Part shown: piece after piece, positions 51,591 through 64,000 of the stretch
Layout of the letters: every line of letters begins with the position of its first letter
How positions within the stretch are numbered: the first letter of the stretch is position 1
Assembly (NCBI RefSeq): GCF_006345805.1
Contig: NW_021832270.1
Location: forward strand, 9,910-73,909
Length of the DNA stretch: 64,000 nucleotides
Direction of reading: 5' to 3'
Source: Octopus sinensis
Taxonomy: Eukaryota
Translations under genes and position numbers: made by a program
The notes under the pieces: model-generated
Seen by the model: only the letters and a program-made list of their open reading frames with translations
Told to the model about the DNA's origin: nothing
The model's database searches: none

Positions 51591-52907
51591 GTATTTTTAT
51601 ATCTACCCCTCTGTCTGTCTGCTGATCTATCAATTGAGCCACCAATCTTTCTTTCCACTCGTTAATCTACCTAGCTACCTGTCACTCTATCTACCTACCT
51701 ACTGACCTACCTGCCTACCTACCTACCTACCTACCTACCTACCTATTTCTTTACTACTCACAAGGGGCTAAACAAGGACAGACAAACGGATTAAGTCGAT
51801 TATATCGACCCCAGTGCGTAACTGGTACTTATTTAATCGACCCCGAAAGGATGAAAGAGGCAAAGTCGACCTCGGTGGAATTTGAACTCACAACGTAACA
51901 GCAGATGAAATGTCTGTCTACTCACAACCTACTTACCTCACTGACCTTGAGCTAATGTGGTGGCATATGACCTAGTTGTTAGAGCAGCAGACTCACGGTC
52001 GAGGGATCGCGGGTTCGAATCTCAGACCGGGCGATGTCTGTGCTTTTGAGCGAAACACTTAGGCTCCACACGGCTCCGGCAGAAGGTAATGGCGAACTTC
52101 TGCTGACTCTTTCGCCACAACTTTCTCTCACTCTTTCCTCCTGCATCTTGCAGCTCACCTGCGATGGACCAGCATCCCGTCCAGGTGGGGAACCTATATG
52201 CCAAGGAAACCGGGAAACCGGCTCTTATGAGCCAGGCATGGCTCGAGAAGGAACCTTGGGCTAACAATAACAACAATAACAACTACAAGATATAACAGAA
52301 CTGTGAGTAATAAGGCATGTGCCATACAGACGTTGCATAAAGGAGATGACCCCTTAAATTTAGATCTGTCTCTTGTTCGCTTAAGGTTACAAACACCCAG
52401 TTATGAGAATGAGGGCTTCAGTTGATCTGATCAGTAGAACAATCTGCTCATGAAATTAATGTGCGAGTAGCTGAGCACTCCACAGGCACATGTACCTTTG
52501 ACGTAGTTCTCAGGGAAATTCAACTGAACCTTTCAGGTGAGATGACAAAGGACTGAAATACCTGATGCCTGGCCAAACTCAAGAAGACCCATACTTTGCA
52601 GTATTAAGTGTTAAGACCGTTACTTCTGGTGATGTAAAGCAGTGGTTCCCAAACATTTTTTGGGCTTCTGCCCCCTTGACACCCAGGCTACATTGCTAGT
52701 ACCCCATCCTAATGAACCATCACAAGCATAAACCTCTTTCTGAAGCAAATTCAAAGTAACTTGACCTAATGAACCTGTAATTTTTTTTTTTTTGCTTTTA
52801 CATGAATTGCCCCTATTTCTACATGAATCACTATCCCATTTTCTTCAACGCCCTCTTGGAACTTTCCACCGCCCTCAGTGGGACATTGCTGTAAAGCACT
52901 TGTGCTC

Positions 52908-53150
52908 CTATTTCTTTACCACCCAGAAGGGGCTAAACACAGAGAAGGGGCTAAACACAGAGAAGACAAACAAGGACAGACAAACGAATTAAGTCGATTA
53001 TATCGACCCCAGTGCGTAACTAGTACTTATTTAATTGACCCCGAAAGGATGAAAGGCAAAGTCGACCTCGGCGGAATTTGAACTCAGAATGTAACCGCAG
53101 ACGAAATGCCACTAAGCATTTCGCCCGGCGTGCTAACGTATCTACCAGCT
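52908..53150 (-). mobile_element. SINE family B with an internal 18-bp duplication
   Basis: Reverse complement of family B; AGAAGGGGCTAAACACAG occurs twice. Confidence 0.75.
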
Positions 53151-53714
53151 TTCACATGTGCTCCTGCCATGTGAAAGCTCCTCTGCAGGGACACAAAAGC
53201 ACCTGTGCGGTGCCTTGTGAAAGCACCCATGCAGTGCAAGTGTCTTGCTCAAGGACACATCTCACCTTCTGGGTATTGAACAAACAGCCTTACAATCTTG
53301 TGTCAAGTACCATAACCATTAAGCCACAAGCTCCTGTTAGACCCTTACTGAACATCCAAGGGGGTTCAGCAAAGGTCCACAACAAAGAAATGATCTTAGA
53401 AACTTTTTAGAATTTTTTCTCCTTTCTCTTCTTCATCTTTTGTCTCTGTTGGTGTCTTTGCCCCCCCCCACCTCCAGGTTATCTCTGATTGTTTAGGCTT
53501 ATGTTCCATATTTGACCATCACCTCTTTTCTGACAAGTCTATAATCATGCAGCAAGTTATTCTCTGTCTGTCTGTCTTTTGTTTGTTATGTATATATATA
53601 TATGTGTATATACACTAACTGTAGGTGTAATTTCTGGGAGATTTTGGCTTCTGTTTTTAGCAGTTCAAGCAACCACATTGTGACTCCTTCATTTGTCTGT
53701 AGGTTTCCTCAATG

Positions 53715-54370
53715 GTCTCTCTTTCTCTCTCTCTCTTTTCTCCCTCTCTGTCTATCTCCTCTCTTCATTATCACCCTCTATCTTTCTTTGTTTCTCTCCC
53801 CTTCCCCTTCCCTCTCTCACGCCTTCCTCCCTCTTCCCATTTCTCTCTCCCCCTTCTCCCTCTCTCCTTGTTTGCCTCTCTCCTCTACTCACTATCATCC
53901 TCTGTCTTTCTTAGTTTCTCTTTCCCTCTCACTCTCCCTGCCTTCTCTCTTTTTATCTCCCTCAATCTTCCCTCCATTTCTCTCCTCCTCTCTCACTCCA
54001 CCCTTCTCTCTCACATCTTCCTCTATCTCTCCCTCCACTCTATCTTCCTCTCACTCCCTCTGCCTTCTCTCCTATCTCTGTCCCTCTTTCTTACTCTCTC
54101 TTCCCTCCATTCCTCTCCTCCTCCTCTCTTACTCCCTCTTCCTTCTCACACCTCTCCCTCCTCTCTATCTTCCTCTCACTCCCTCTGCATTCTCTCCTAT
54201 CTCTGTCCCTCTTTCTTACTCTCTCTTCCCTCCATTTATCTCCTCCCCCTCCTCCTTCCATCTCACACCTCTCCATCTCTCCATCTTCCTCTCACTTCTC
54301 TCCACCTATCTCAGTCCCTCATTCTTACTCTCTCTTCCTCCTCCTCTCACACACCTCCCTCCTCCTCCCT
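53715..54370. repeat. CT-rich tract with internal ~125-bp repeats
   Basis: TTCTCTCCTATCTCTGTCCCTCTTTCTTACTCTCTCTTCCCTCCATT recurs. Confidence 0.85.
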
Positions 54371-54554
54371 CTAAATATCCTCTCAGACACTAAGGTCGCA
54401 GACTGGGCATTGCTTGTCAATCACACTTCACATTTAGTCTCATTCATTAATCTTTTTGCTCGTTTTTTTCTTCTTCTCTAGATTCACTGAAACAAACAAA
54501 AACCAAAATAAAACCATTTCGCAACCTGTACATTTCTTGTAATATTCATGGCCA

Positions 54555-55120
54555 TAGTAGTTACATCACTAGTAGCAGCAGCAGCAGTAGTAGTAGTATT
54601 AGTAGTAGTAGTAGTAATGCTGGTGATGGTTGTAGTAATTGTAATTGTAGTAGTAGTAGTGATAATAGTGGTGGTAGTAGTAATAGTAGTAGTGATGGTA
54701 GTAGTAGTAGTCATGGTAGTAGTAGCAGTAATGCTGATGGTGGTTGTAGTAATTATTGTAGTAGTAGTAGTAGTAGTACTAGTAATGATGGTGGTGGTAG
54801 TAGTGATGATGGTGGTAGTGGTGGTAGTATTAGTAATATTAGTAATGGTGGTGGTGGTAGCAGTAGTAGCAGCAATGGTGGTAGTAGTAGTAGCAGTAGT
54901 AGCAGCAATGGTGTTGGTAGTAGTAGTAGTGTTGGTGGTGGTAGTAATAATAGTAATGGTAATGGTGGTAGTAGTAGTAGTAGTAGTTGTAGCAGCAGTA
55001 GTGTTGGATGTAGTAGTAGTAGTGTTGGTTGTGATAGTAATATTAGTGGTGGTGGTGGTGGTGGTGGTAGTAGTAGTAGCAGCAGCAGCATTGGTGGTGG
55101 TAGTATTGTGGTGCTACATC
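54555..55120. repeat. Compound (GTA)/(GTG)/(GCA) microsatellite
   Basis: Direct inspection. Confidence 0.9.
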
Positions 55121-56125
55121 TGGCTGCAGTTATAATAGCAGTAGTGGTCGTGGTTGTGGTGGTGGTGGTATCGGTTGAAGAATTTTTTTTTTCCTTTTTG
55201 CTGTTTTGAAATCATTGGTTAGGTTCATTGCAGAAGTAATCTTTGAGAGCTGTCTGTGATTTTTTTGTTGCTTTACTGCACCATTTACCATTTGGTTCTT
55301 ATAAATGTGTGTGTGTATGTGTGTGTGTACATGTGCTTAATATACATGTGACACACATATATGTACACATATATGTACACACACACATATATATATTATA
55401 TATATATATATATATATGCATATTCAATACAACACATATATACACAAGCTGAGTAATGCCTGGCGCATAGAATTGCGTAGGTGGAAGCAGTGTAAAAATC
55501 CAGTGTGTGTGTGTGTTTGTTTCAAAACGTTCCAAACCATAGTTCCGAGTTCAGCCCCACTGCTTGGCACCTTGGTCAGTTGTCTTCTGCTATAGCCTCG
55601 GGCCAACCAAAGCCTTGTGAGTGGATTTCATAGATGGAAGCTGAGAGGCCCATCATATATATCTATATATATATTTGTGTGTGTGTCTTTGTGTCTATGT
55701 TTGTCCACCCATCACCACTTGGCAACCGGTGTTGGTGTGTTTACATCCGTAGTTTGGCAAAAACAAAGAACAAGCCCTGGGATCAATTTCTTTGATTAAA
55801 AACCCTTAAAAAGCGGTGCTCCAGCATGGCCACAGTGAAATGGCTGAAACAAGTCAAAAAAAGAAAGAAGAAAAACTTGTAAAAACTAAATTGGTAAAAT
55901 AAGAATGAATATGAAATAATTACAGGGATTGCATGATTGATTAAACTCTTGAAGAAGGTACTCCAGCATGGCCACAGTCCTATGGCTGAAACCAGTAAAA
56001 CAATTAAGGAGAATATGTGTGTCTTATGCATCTGCAAGGTGACAATAACTTTGAAGTGTTGGCCTGCAAGCCTTCATTGAACTGTCCGAGAAAGGGTAGC
56101 TGGAAAAATCATCAAAGATGCTGTC

Positions 56126-56339
56126 ACTCTCTCTTTTACCCGTTTCAGTCATATTGAATGTGGCCATGCTGGAGCACCACATTTAGTTGAACAAATAAGA
56201 CCCCAGCACTTATTCTTTGTAAGCCTGGTATTTATTCTATTTGTCTCTTTTGCCGAACTGCTAAGTTACAGGGATGTAAACACTACAACATCTGTTGTCA
56301 AGTGATGGTTGGAGGACAAACACAGACACAAACACACAA

Positions 56340-56396
<57 letters not shown>

Positions 56397-56559
56397 GATG
56401 GGCTTCTTTCAGTTTCTGTCTACCAAATCCACTCACAAGGCTTTGGTCAGCCTGAGGCTATAGTAGAAGATACTTGCCCAAGGTGCCATGTAGCAAGACT
56501 GAAACTGGAACCATGTGGTTGGGAAGCAAGCTTCTTACCACACAGCCACTCCTGTGTCC
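56126..56559 (-). mobile_element. SINE family A, complete
   Basis: Reverse complement of 57912-58327. Confidence 0.8.
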
Positions 56560-56562
56560 AAG

Positions 56563-56587
<25 letters not shown>

Positions 56588-56596
<9 letters not shown>

Positions 56597-56782
56597 TGAA
56601 GAGAATGAAGAATTTGAACATTCAAACTTTTCAGTTATTTCCAGTTAGAAAGAAGATCCGACACGTGTTCCGATCGCACCAATCATATATTGGTGCGATC
56701 GAAACATGTGTCAGGACTTTTCTAACTGGAAATAGACAAAAAGTTTGAATGTCCAAATTCTTCATTTTCCTCATTTTAATAT
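56588..56782. mobile_element. Foldback with ~95-bp arms carrying the 3' half of a hammerhead motif
   Basis: Centre CGATCGCACCAAT-CATAT-ATTGGTGCGATCG; GAAAC-ATGT-GTC at 56701-56712. Confidence 0.85.
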
Positions 56783-57595
56783 TTTTCTTTATACTGGAAC
56801 ATCGAGTGAGAGCTGAAGGTATTTTACCAAAAACTGCATCATTGGAAGGAACCACAGCCTTGGCATTTTACTCTGAGAAATTTGATATTTGCCTGGATAT
56901 TATATCCCCCCTCTTACTATATATGTATATGTGTATGTTTGTATGTATGTATATATGTATGTACATGTATATGTATTTCCTTGGTCACTTTGCTCCTGTA
57001 ATGCCTTCCTCTCCACCCTTCACCTCTCTCACTAATTCCTTCATCATTTACCTTGGGAGCAGAAAAACCTATTTGACTCAGTCTTTCTCATTTTATCAGT
57101 TATCTCTTCTAGTACTTAGAACCACTTCCATTGACATCCATTCTTCATCGTTAATATTGTCCTTCTCCACTAGCATTTTGCATTGACTACTGAGTGAAAC
57201 TAGTAAAAGAAAGAAGTGAGAGAGAGAGAGTGTGTGTGTGTAAATGTAAAATGCTAAGTCATGTCTTTTTTTGTGTACTTATTTCTTCGGTTGTGTCTTT
57301 GGAAAGAGAAAGCAGTGACTCTACTGAGTGAGATGGAAGAGAGTGAAAAAAAACTATTACGTAAAGAAGTAGATTTGATAAATTAACTGAGAAAGTGGGA
57401 AAGGGAAAGAGGGGGGTAGAGTGAGAGAGAGAGAGAGAGAAATGAGTAATGGCTGACAAACACCTAGTCTGGTAAGCTAAATGATACATGAGAAAAGATT
57501 GGATCCATTTTGAAATGAAATATTATTGAAACATGTATGTCTATGTGTATATCTACATATAAAGATGTTTTTTATGTGTATCATTTTCATCATCA

Positions 57596-57850
57596 TCATC
57601 ATCGTGTACATTTTCCCATTTTTGCATGCAGCGGATGGATCTTCTCCAGCGCAACACCTCTCGTTTGCAGTCCTCCCTCATCTATTTCATAATATTCAGC
57701 ATCCTTTGATCAGCCTTCCCTGGCCTTACTCTTCCACTTCAATTCCTTGGTACTTCTTTTACGACCTGTCATCTTCCATTTGCATCACATCTCCCTGCCA
57801 GCTCATTCTTCTTCCTCTCTTGCACACTGCATACATTTGCTGTAATATCC
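57596..57850 (-). mobile_element. Degenerate RTE-like LINE 3' end with (GAT)n tail
   Basis: RRRMSWQGDVMQMEDDRS*KKYQGIEVE resembles RRLxWxGHVxRMxxxR. Confidence 0.5.
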
Positions 57851-57911
57851 AAGTATTTTCTTTTTTTTTCTTTCATCTCATTTGTGTTCTGTTGTCTCAT
57901 GTAAACTGCTA

Positions 57912-58327
57912 CACGCAGGAGTAGCTGTGTAGTAAGTACCTTGTTTACCAACCACATGGTTCCGGGTTCAGTCCCACTGCATGGCACCTTGGGCAAGTGT
58001 CTTCTACTGTAGCCTCGGGCCGACTAAAGCCTTGTGAGTGGATTTGGTAGACGGAAACTGAAAGAAGCCCGTCGTATATATGTATATATATATATATATA
58101 TATATGCATGTGTGTGTTTGTGTGTCTGTGTTTGTCCCCCTAGCATTGCGTGACAACCGATGCTGGTGTGTTTATGTCCCCGTTACTTAGCGGTTCGGCA
58201 AAAGAGACCGATAGAATAAGTACTGGGCTTACAAAAGAATAAGTCCCGGGGTCGAGTTGCTCGACTAAAGGTGGTGCTCCAGCATGGCCGCAGTCAAATG
58301 ACTGAAACAAGTAAAAGAGTAAAGAGT
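57912..58327 (+). mobile_element. SINE family A, complete (tRNA-derived, CORE-like segment)
   Basis: B-box GGTTCAGTCCC; GGCACCTTGGGCAAGTG; internal (TA)n; (AAAGAGT) tail. Confidence 0.85.
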
Positions 58328-58559
58328 ACTAACATAACATGCCATTACACATCCAGCACTGCATGCTTGCCTTGTCCCTCTCCAACCTTCAAATGTCCCC
58401 CACATTCTGTGCCCATGTTTTACTATCATGCAGGTTCTCATTTGCATGGGGCATATGTGTGCATCTGTATTTATGTGCTCTTATGTGAGTTTGTTTGTAT
58501 TATATGTATGTATGTGTATATGTATATATGCGTATGTAAATGTGTATATATATATATTG

Positions 58560-58725
58560 GTAAAAACGGTAAGATAACAAAAGAAAGAAAGAGACCTCAA
58601 TATTATGTAAATAGAGGAAATTTATCTGTAAAATAATATGTGACAATTATTCAATAACCAAGATAAAACTCTGAGTTTCGGATGCCAAGGTGGAAATCCA
58701 CAACACCATCTCTTCAGTTATCTGC
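58560..58725 (-). mobile_element. Putative Penelope-like pLTR relic in (TA)n
   Basis: Homologous to 45700-45983; carries a hammerhead motif. Confidence 0.6.
58662..58722 (-). ncRNA. Type I hammerhead ribozyme motif with canonical core
   Basis: GATAA-CTGAAGA-GATG..GTGG ATTT CCAC..CATC C-GAAA-CTCAGAGT-T-TTATC. Confidence 0.65.
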
Positions 58726-58752
58726 CCATCTCCATCATATATATATAGAAAT

Positions 58753-58797
<45 letters not shown>

Positions 58798-59819
58798 AGA
58801 TTTTTAATGAGAGAACTCGAAGTAGATAAGGCTATAAATAGTAGTGTGTAAATATTTGGTTAAAAAACCCTTAGGATGGAAAAAAACATTGAAGGCTGCC
58901 TGTGGGACAAGAACCCATACACATCACATCTTCCTTCTGTAAACACAACAGGTCCTCTATCATTAACATAGTATGCACCACCCCACATATTTATGTATAT
59001 ACACACCTGTACACAGTTTCATATATGCTGCACTAATTGTTGTTTCTTAATTTTCTCTCCCTGACTCTCTTTTCTCTCTGTCTGTGTATCCATCTCCCTC
59101 TATGTATTTGTGTATACACATCTACATGTGTGTATATGTGTATATGATTCTGGTTTTGCGTTGATCGCACCTTTTACTCTGCATCCCCCCCACTCCCCCC
59201 ACTTCCTTCACATTTACCTTTACACTTCAATGCTTCCCATTTCCTTTCCTGAATAACTCATTCAATCTCCTGGAAAAATAACCAAAGAACTTAAGGAGTC
59301 TGTTGCTGCTTTGATAGCAGCTTCCTCAATCGCTCTTGTTCCTGGCTGCATTTCAAAGTTTGTGGATGGCTGTTGCTATAATCAAGGAATTCCCATTCCT
59401 TCTCTGTTACACTTTTTCCTGTGTGGATCAAGGCTGTAAAAACTAGCTCCCCCTTTTGGGGAAAGAGGTCAGTGTGTGCCTGGGTTTACTTTTTTTTCTT
59501 GTTCACTCTCTGGGGTGCTTGATGTTAGGAAGGGCATCCAGCTGTAAAAACCATGTCAAAAGTGACCTCACTTGTGCTGGTGCCATGTAAAAAGCACACA
59601 GGCCACTCTCTGGGGTGGTTGGTGTTAGGAACTGCATCCAGCCGTAAAAAGCATACCAGAACAGACACAGTATCCTGGTGTAGTTTTCTACCTGGCTGGC
59701 TCCTGTCAAACTGTCCAAGCCAGGCCTGCATGGAAGCTGGATGTTAAACGATGATAATAATGATCCATGGAAGCTGGATGTTAAACGATGATAATGATGA
59801 TAATGACTGACAACAAACA

Positions 59820-60385
59820 ACACGCTGTTACAGATTCTCTGGAGACAGTACATACGGGACCCATTTTCAAACCACTGAAACCTTTCCAACCCTTTTTAGT
59901 TGGTGTAGAAGTAGAATATTTGTATGGGCTACGTTAAACTGTTCTGCAAGTTCTCTGCAAGTAGTGATTGGATTTTCTGCGACAACAGCTTCTAACTTTT
60001 TGGTACCAAGTTGTTTTGAATGAATTTCTTTTGGTTCGTTTTTCAAACTCAAATCCCCACTTCTGAAGCGAGAAAACCATCTCCTGCAACTTCTTCCACT
60101 CACTACATCATCCCCATAAACTCTCTGAAGAGACTTTGCTGCTGTGCTTGCATTGACACCTTTATGAATCTCAGAGTAAGACATGTCAAATGTGATCTTT
60201 AGATGGGATGAACATGGGTGCGAATACAGCAGAAGATTATGGCCAATACAATCAGAATCTGAAAGAAAAATGTATAAATTACTCATTGTGTCATTCTTAG
60301 AAATATTGCAAGAAGCACAATTTTAATAAATACCATCTAAAACTGTTTTCTAAAGTGACTGGCTATTACCCTTGCACCAACCTGA
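59820..60385 (-). mobile_element. Mariner transposon 5' fragment (TIR and HTH-encoding N-terminus)
   Basis: TA|TCAGGTTGGTGCAAGGGTAATAGC TIR; YGDDVVSGRSCRRWFSRFRSGDLSL...TCRELAEQFNV...KWVPYVL (WVPHEL-like). Confidence 0.85.
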
Positions 60386-60529
60386 TATAAGCTTGCTTGC
60401 TTGGAAACAGGTGAGGATTTGCAGCAGGAAGGGCATCCAGCCAGAGAAAATCTGCCTTAATGAAATTCTGTCTGATCCATGTTAGTGGGAAAAAGTACAT
60501 GTTACGTCATGATAATGACGACGACGATG

Positions 60530-60790
60530 ATGATGACGAAGAAAGAGAAGAAGAAGGTGAAGGAAAAGCAGGAGGAGGAGGAGGAGAAGAAGAAGACGCA
60601 AAGAAGATGAAGAAGGAGAAGAAGAATCAAAGAAGTAGAAGAAGAATCAAAGGAGAAGGAGAATCAAAGAAAGAGAAGAAGAATCAAAGGAGAAGGAGAA
60701 TCAAAGAAAGAGAAGAAGCAAAGAAGATGAAGAAGGAGAAGGAGAAGAAGAAGCAAAGAATCAAAGAAGGAGAAAAAGAAGAAAAATGCA
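60530..60790. repeat. (GAA)/(GGA)-rich tract with AAGAATCAAAG repeats
   Basis: Direct inspection. Confidence 0.85.
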
Positions 60791-61632
60791 AAACTCAAAT
60801 TTCTGCCATTGTTGTTGTATTTGTTACTGCTGTTTGTCACTTCTGACCCTTGCAGTCCGGCCCTTTGGAAGTAACAAATCAAACGGGTCTTGGTTGAACA
60901 AATCAACCCCAGCACTTATTTCTCTTTTTAAAGTCTGGTTCTTATTCAATTGAGTCCTTTTGCCAAACTGCTGAGTTATGGGAGATGTAAACAAACCGAC
61001 ACCAGTTGCCAAGTGGTGGTGACGGGGGAAAACATGCACATATGTACATAACATACATGTGTGTGTATGTATATGTGTGTGTGTATGTATGCATACATAT
61101 ATGCATATGATGGGCTTCAGTACCATTTCCACCTATTAAATTCACTCACATGGCACTGGCTGACATGAGGCCATAGGAGACACTGTTGTGGACTGAACAC
61201 TTAAACACATATATAATCTATATGTGTTTGTGTATACACACACATAATATATAGTATGTGTATAAATATATTACATTTATATTATGTATGTTATGTATTC
61301 CATACACATGTGTATCCATATGTGTATATCTTGCACTAATTCTGTATTATATAAATATTGATAGATTTTTGTGTCTAATATATAGATGCATGTGTGTGTA
61401 TGTATACATACATATATATATATATATACACCTTAACTGGAACATTGATGATGATGATGATATATATATATATATAAATACAGAGAGAGAGAGAGAAAAA
61501 GAGAGATGTGTATATGCATAAGTGATATATGTGTGTGTATGTATATATATATTCATTAGATCTGGGTGTGTGCATATATAAGTATTATTGTGTAAAGAAT
61601 ATGAATATCTATGCACACACATACATGCATAC

Positions 61633-61669
<37 letters not shown>

Positions 61670-62169
61670 TGTATGCACAGATATATACCTATAAGATATA
61701 TATCACAATTAATATGATACCAACATTTTTCGGTGGCTTCTCCATTTCAGTTGAATGACTTTCTCAGTTCACTTGTTTCAATCGGTAAACACAACAAAAC
61801 TTTCAGAGTAGTTTCTACAAACAACAACAACGACAACATCATTGACGACAACATCAACAACAATAACGACAACGGCGGAAACAATAGCGGTAGCCCCTCC
61901 CCTTTTCTCTACCACACTGTAGTGTTGGATTTGTCCTTCCTAAAATGACTGACTGACGTTGTATACAGCAAAGGATCCCACTTAAGTTTGAACCCTGGAC
62001 AAAGCAGTATAACTATAATCAGTTTCCTGCTCCAAAATGTGTGTTGGGGGCTTTTATCCATTGACTGATTTGACTACCCACTCATCCCCACGATCAAAGC
62101 CTTGTGTCTAAATTTGATAGATGGAAACTGAAAGAAGCCTGTTGTGTGTGTATGTGTGTGTGTATATGT

Positions 62170-62490
62170 ATCATCATCATCATCCTCGTCGTTTAACGTC
62201 CGCTTTCCATGCTGGCATGGGTTGGACAATTTGACTGAGGGCTGGTGAACCAAATGGCTGCACCAGACTCCAATCTGATCTGGCAGAGTTTCTACAGCTG
62301 GATGCCCTTCCTAACGCCAACCACTCCGAGAGTGTAGTGGGTGCTTTTACGTGCCACCCAGACGGTACTGGCAATGGCCACGCTCAAATGGTGCTTTTTA
62401 TGTGCCACCTGCACAGGAGCCAGTCCAGCGACACTGGCAATGACTTCGCTCGATTGTTTTTTCACGTGCCACCAGCACAAGTGCTAGTAA
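62170..62490 (-). mobile_element. SINE-like family C
   Basis: Reverse complement of the family C 3' end. Confidence 0.7.
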
Positions 62491-62492
62491 AT

Positions 62493-62883
62493 ACTCATTT
62501 ACTCTTTTACTTGTTTAAGTCATTTGACTGTGGCCATTCTGAAGCACCGCCTTTAATCAAGCAAATCGATCCCAGGACTTATTCTTTGTAAGCCTAGCAC
62601 TTATTCTATCCGTCTCTTTTGCTGAACTGCTAAGTTACAGGGATGTAAACACACCAGCATCGGTTGGGAAGCGATGTTGCGGGTGACAAACACAGACACA
62701 CAAATATATATATATATATATATATAGATAGATAGATGTGACAGGCTTCTTTCAGTTTCCGTCTACCAAATTCACTCACAAGGCTTTGGTTTGTCTGAGG
62801 CTATAGTAGAAGACACTTGTCCAAGGTGCCACGCAGTGGGACTGAATCTGGAACCATGTGGTTGGTAAGCAAGCTACTCATCA
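62493..62883 (-). mobile_element. SINE family A, complete
   Basis: Reverse complement of 57912-58327. Confidence 0.8.
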
Positions 62884-62914
62884 CATATATATATATTTTG
62901 CCTATATGTCTGTG

Positions 62915-63100
62915 CACAGCTTTCTATGTACAATGTATGCCTGAAGGTCTGCAAATCTAATGGAGGCCATAAAAGACATTTTAAGAACCACAAAGATCGG
63001 AACTTAACTGCAGCTCTTGGTTGCCCAAATTGGATATGTAATCTATTTGGGTGTCTTTGCAAAATATTGTCTGGTTTAAAAAGCCACATCAGATATCATG
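62915..63100 (+). mobile_element. Degenerate C2H2-like tail, probably the C-terminus of an RTE-type LINE
   Basis: NVCLKVCKSNGGHKRH and WICNLFGCLCKILSGLKSHIRYH; related remnant CALCNEMCKTLT at about 27880-27930. Confidence 0.5.
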
Positions 63101-63212
63101 ATGGTTCTAAGGTGTTGGTGCAGGAGATAGTCAAACTCTGCATGGAGAGTATATATACACACACACACACATATATATGCACACACACATACATACGCAC
63201 ACATATGTATAT

Positions 63213-63244
<32 letters not shown>

Positions 63245-63509
63245 ATATATATACACATACACACACATTATTATTGAGTTAGAAAACTTAGAGATCTAAT
63301 GGAAACAAATTTATTAATTAATTGATATATTCACCTACAATTATTTCATTTGACAAACAAAATTAAAATTACAAGACATAAATACGTTTGGAATACTTAG
63401 AAAATATTGGCATGTTTATTATGTGTGTATGTATATGTGTGTGTGTGCGCTTGTGCACGCATGTTTTAAAATCATTACTTTATATATATTTGTGTGTATA
63501 AATATATTT

Positions 63510-63780
63510 CATCATCATTGATTAATGTCCGTTTTCCATGCTAGCATGGGTTGGACAGTTCGACTGGGGTCTGGGAAGCCAGGAGGCTGCACCAGGCGCC
63601 AGTCTGATCTGGTAGTGTTTCTACAGCTGGATGCCCTTCCTAACACCAACCACTCCGTGAGTGTAGTGGGTGCTTTTTATGTGCCACCGACACAGGTACC
63701 AGGGGTGATTGACAACGGCCACGATTGGTTGGTGCTTTTTACGTGCCACCGGCATGGAAGCCAGTCAAGGCGGTGCTACA
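63510..63780 (-). mobile_element. SINE-like family C
   Basis: Reverse complement of the family C 3' end. Confidence 0.7.
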
Positions 63781-63828
63781 AATAATCAGAAAATGGAGAA
63801 AGATTATATATATATATATATATATATA

Positions 63829-64000
63829 CTAGCAGTATTGCCTGGCTTTGCAAAATGATCACATTTAATTCAGTGTTAAAAATGTTATGAAAACAATTGG
63901 TATGTGTTCACAAAGTCCAAACGATTAATACGAAAAAACCCTCCAGGCTACATCCTGAAAATTCATTTCTTTGCCGAATTTCTACAATGTTTACGGCGAT
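63829..64000 (-). mobile_element. Helitron-like 3' end (extent unknown)
   Basis: Minus strand GCCAGGCAATACTGCTAG|T matches the 3' terminus of the other two copies. Confidence 0.45.

Noticed and set aside
59250-59430. Possible pogo/DDE remnant or exon (IALVPGCISKFVD)
   Set aside because: Weak similarity and no boundaries
47341-60385. The two mariner pieces as one split element
   Set aside because: 12 kb apart with dissimilar termini

Overview
Eukaryotic, AT-rich, repeat-dominated non-coding DNA. The SINE families resemble those I recall from Octopus (coleoid cephalopod) genomes; this is an inference, not a database match. No host protein-coding gene, tRNA, rRNA or CRISPR array can be supported. 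Nearly all ORFs in the track are translations of microsatellites or SINE-internal repeats. The only recognisable protein sequences are transposon remnants: RTE-clade LINEs, R4/Dong-like restriction-like-endonuclease LINEs, a HERO/NeSL-like RT piece and mariner transposase. The window also holds about five SINE-like families (several nested with target-site duplications), non-autonomous Helitrons, piggyBac-type MITEs, an 18-copy 100-bp tandem array and several short tandem duplications. The most interesting signal is a set of unrelated foldback (palindromic) elements, mostly embedded in (TA)n tracts and densest at 44.4-47.3 kb. Several carry minimal type I hammerhead-ribozyme motifs with palindromic helix III: one canonical core, one U3-A8 compensatory core and several variant or half cores. 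This fits relics of Penelope-like retroelements or retrozyme-like elements. Ribozyme activity is untested.
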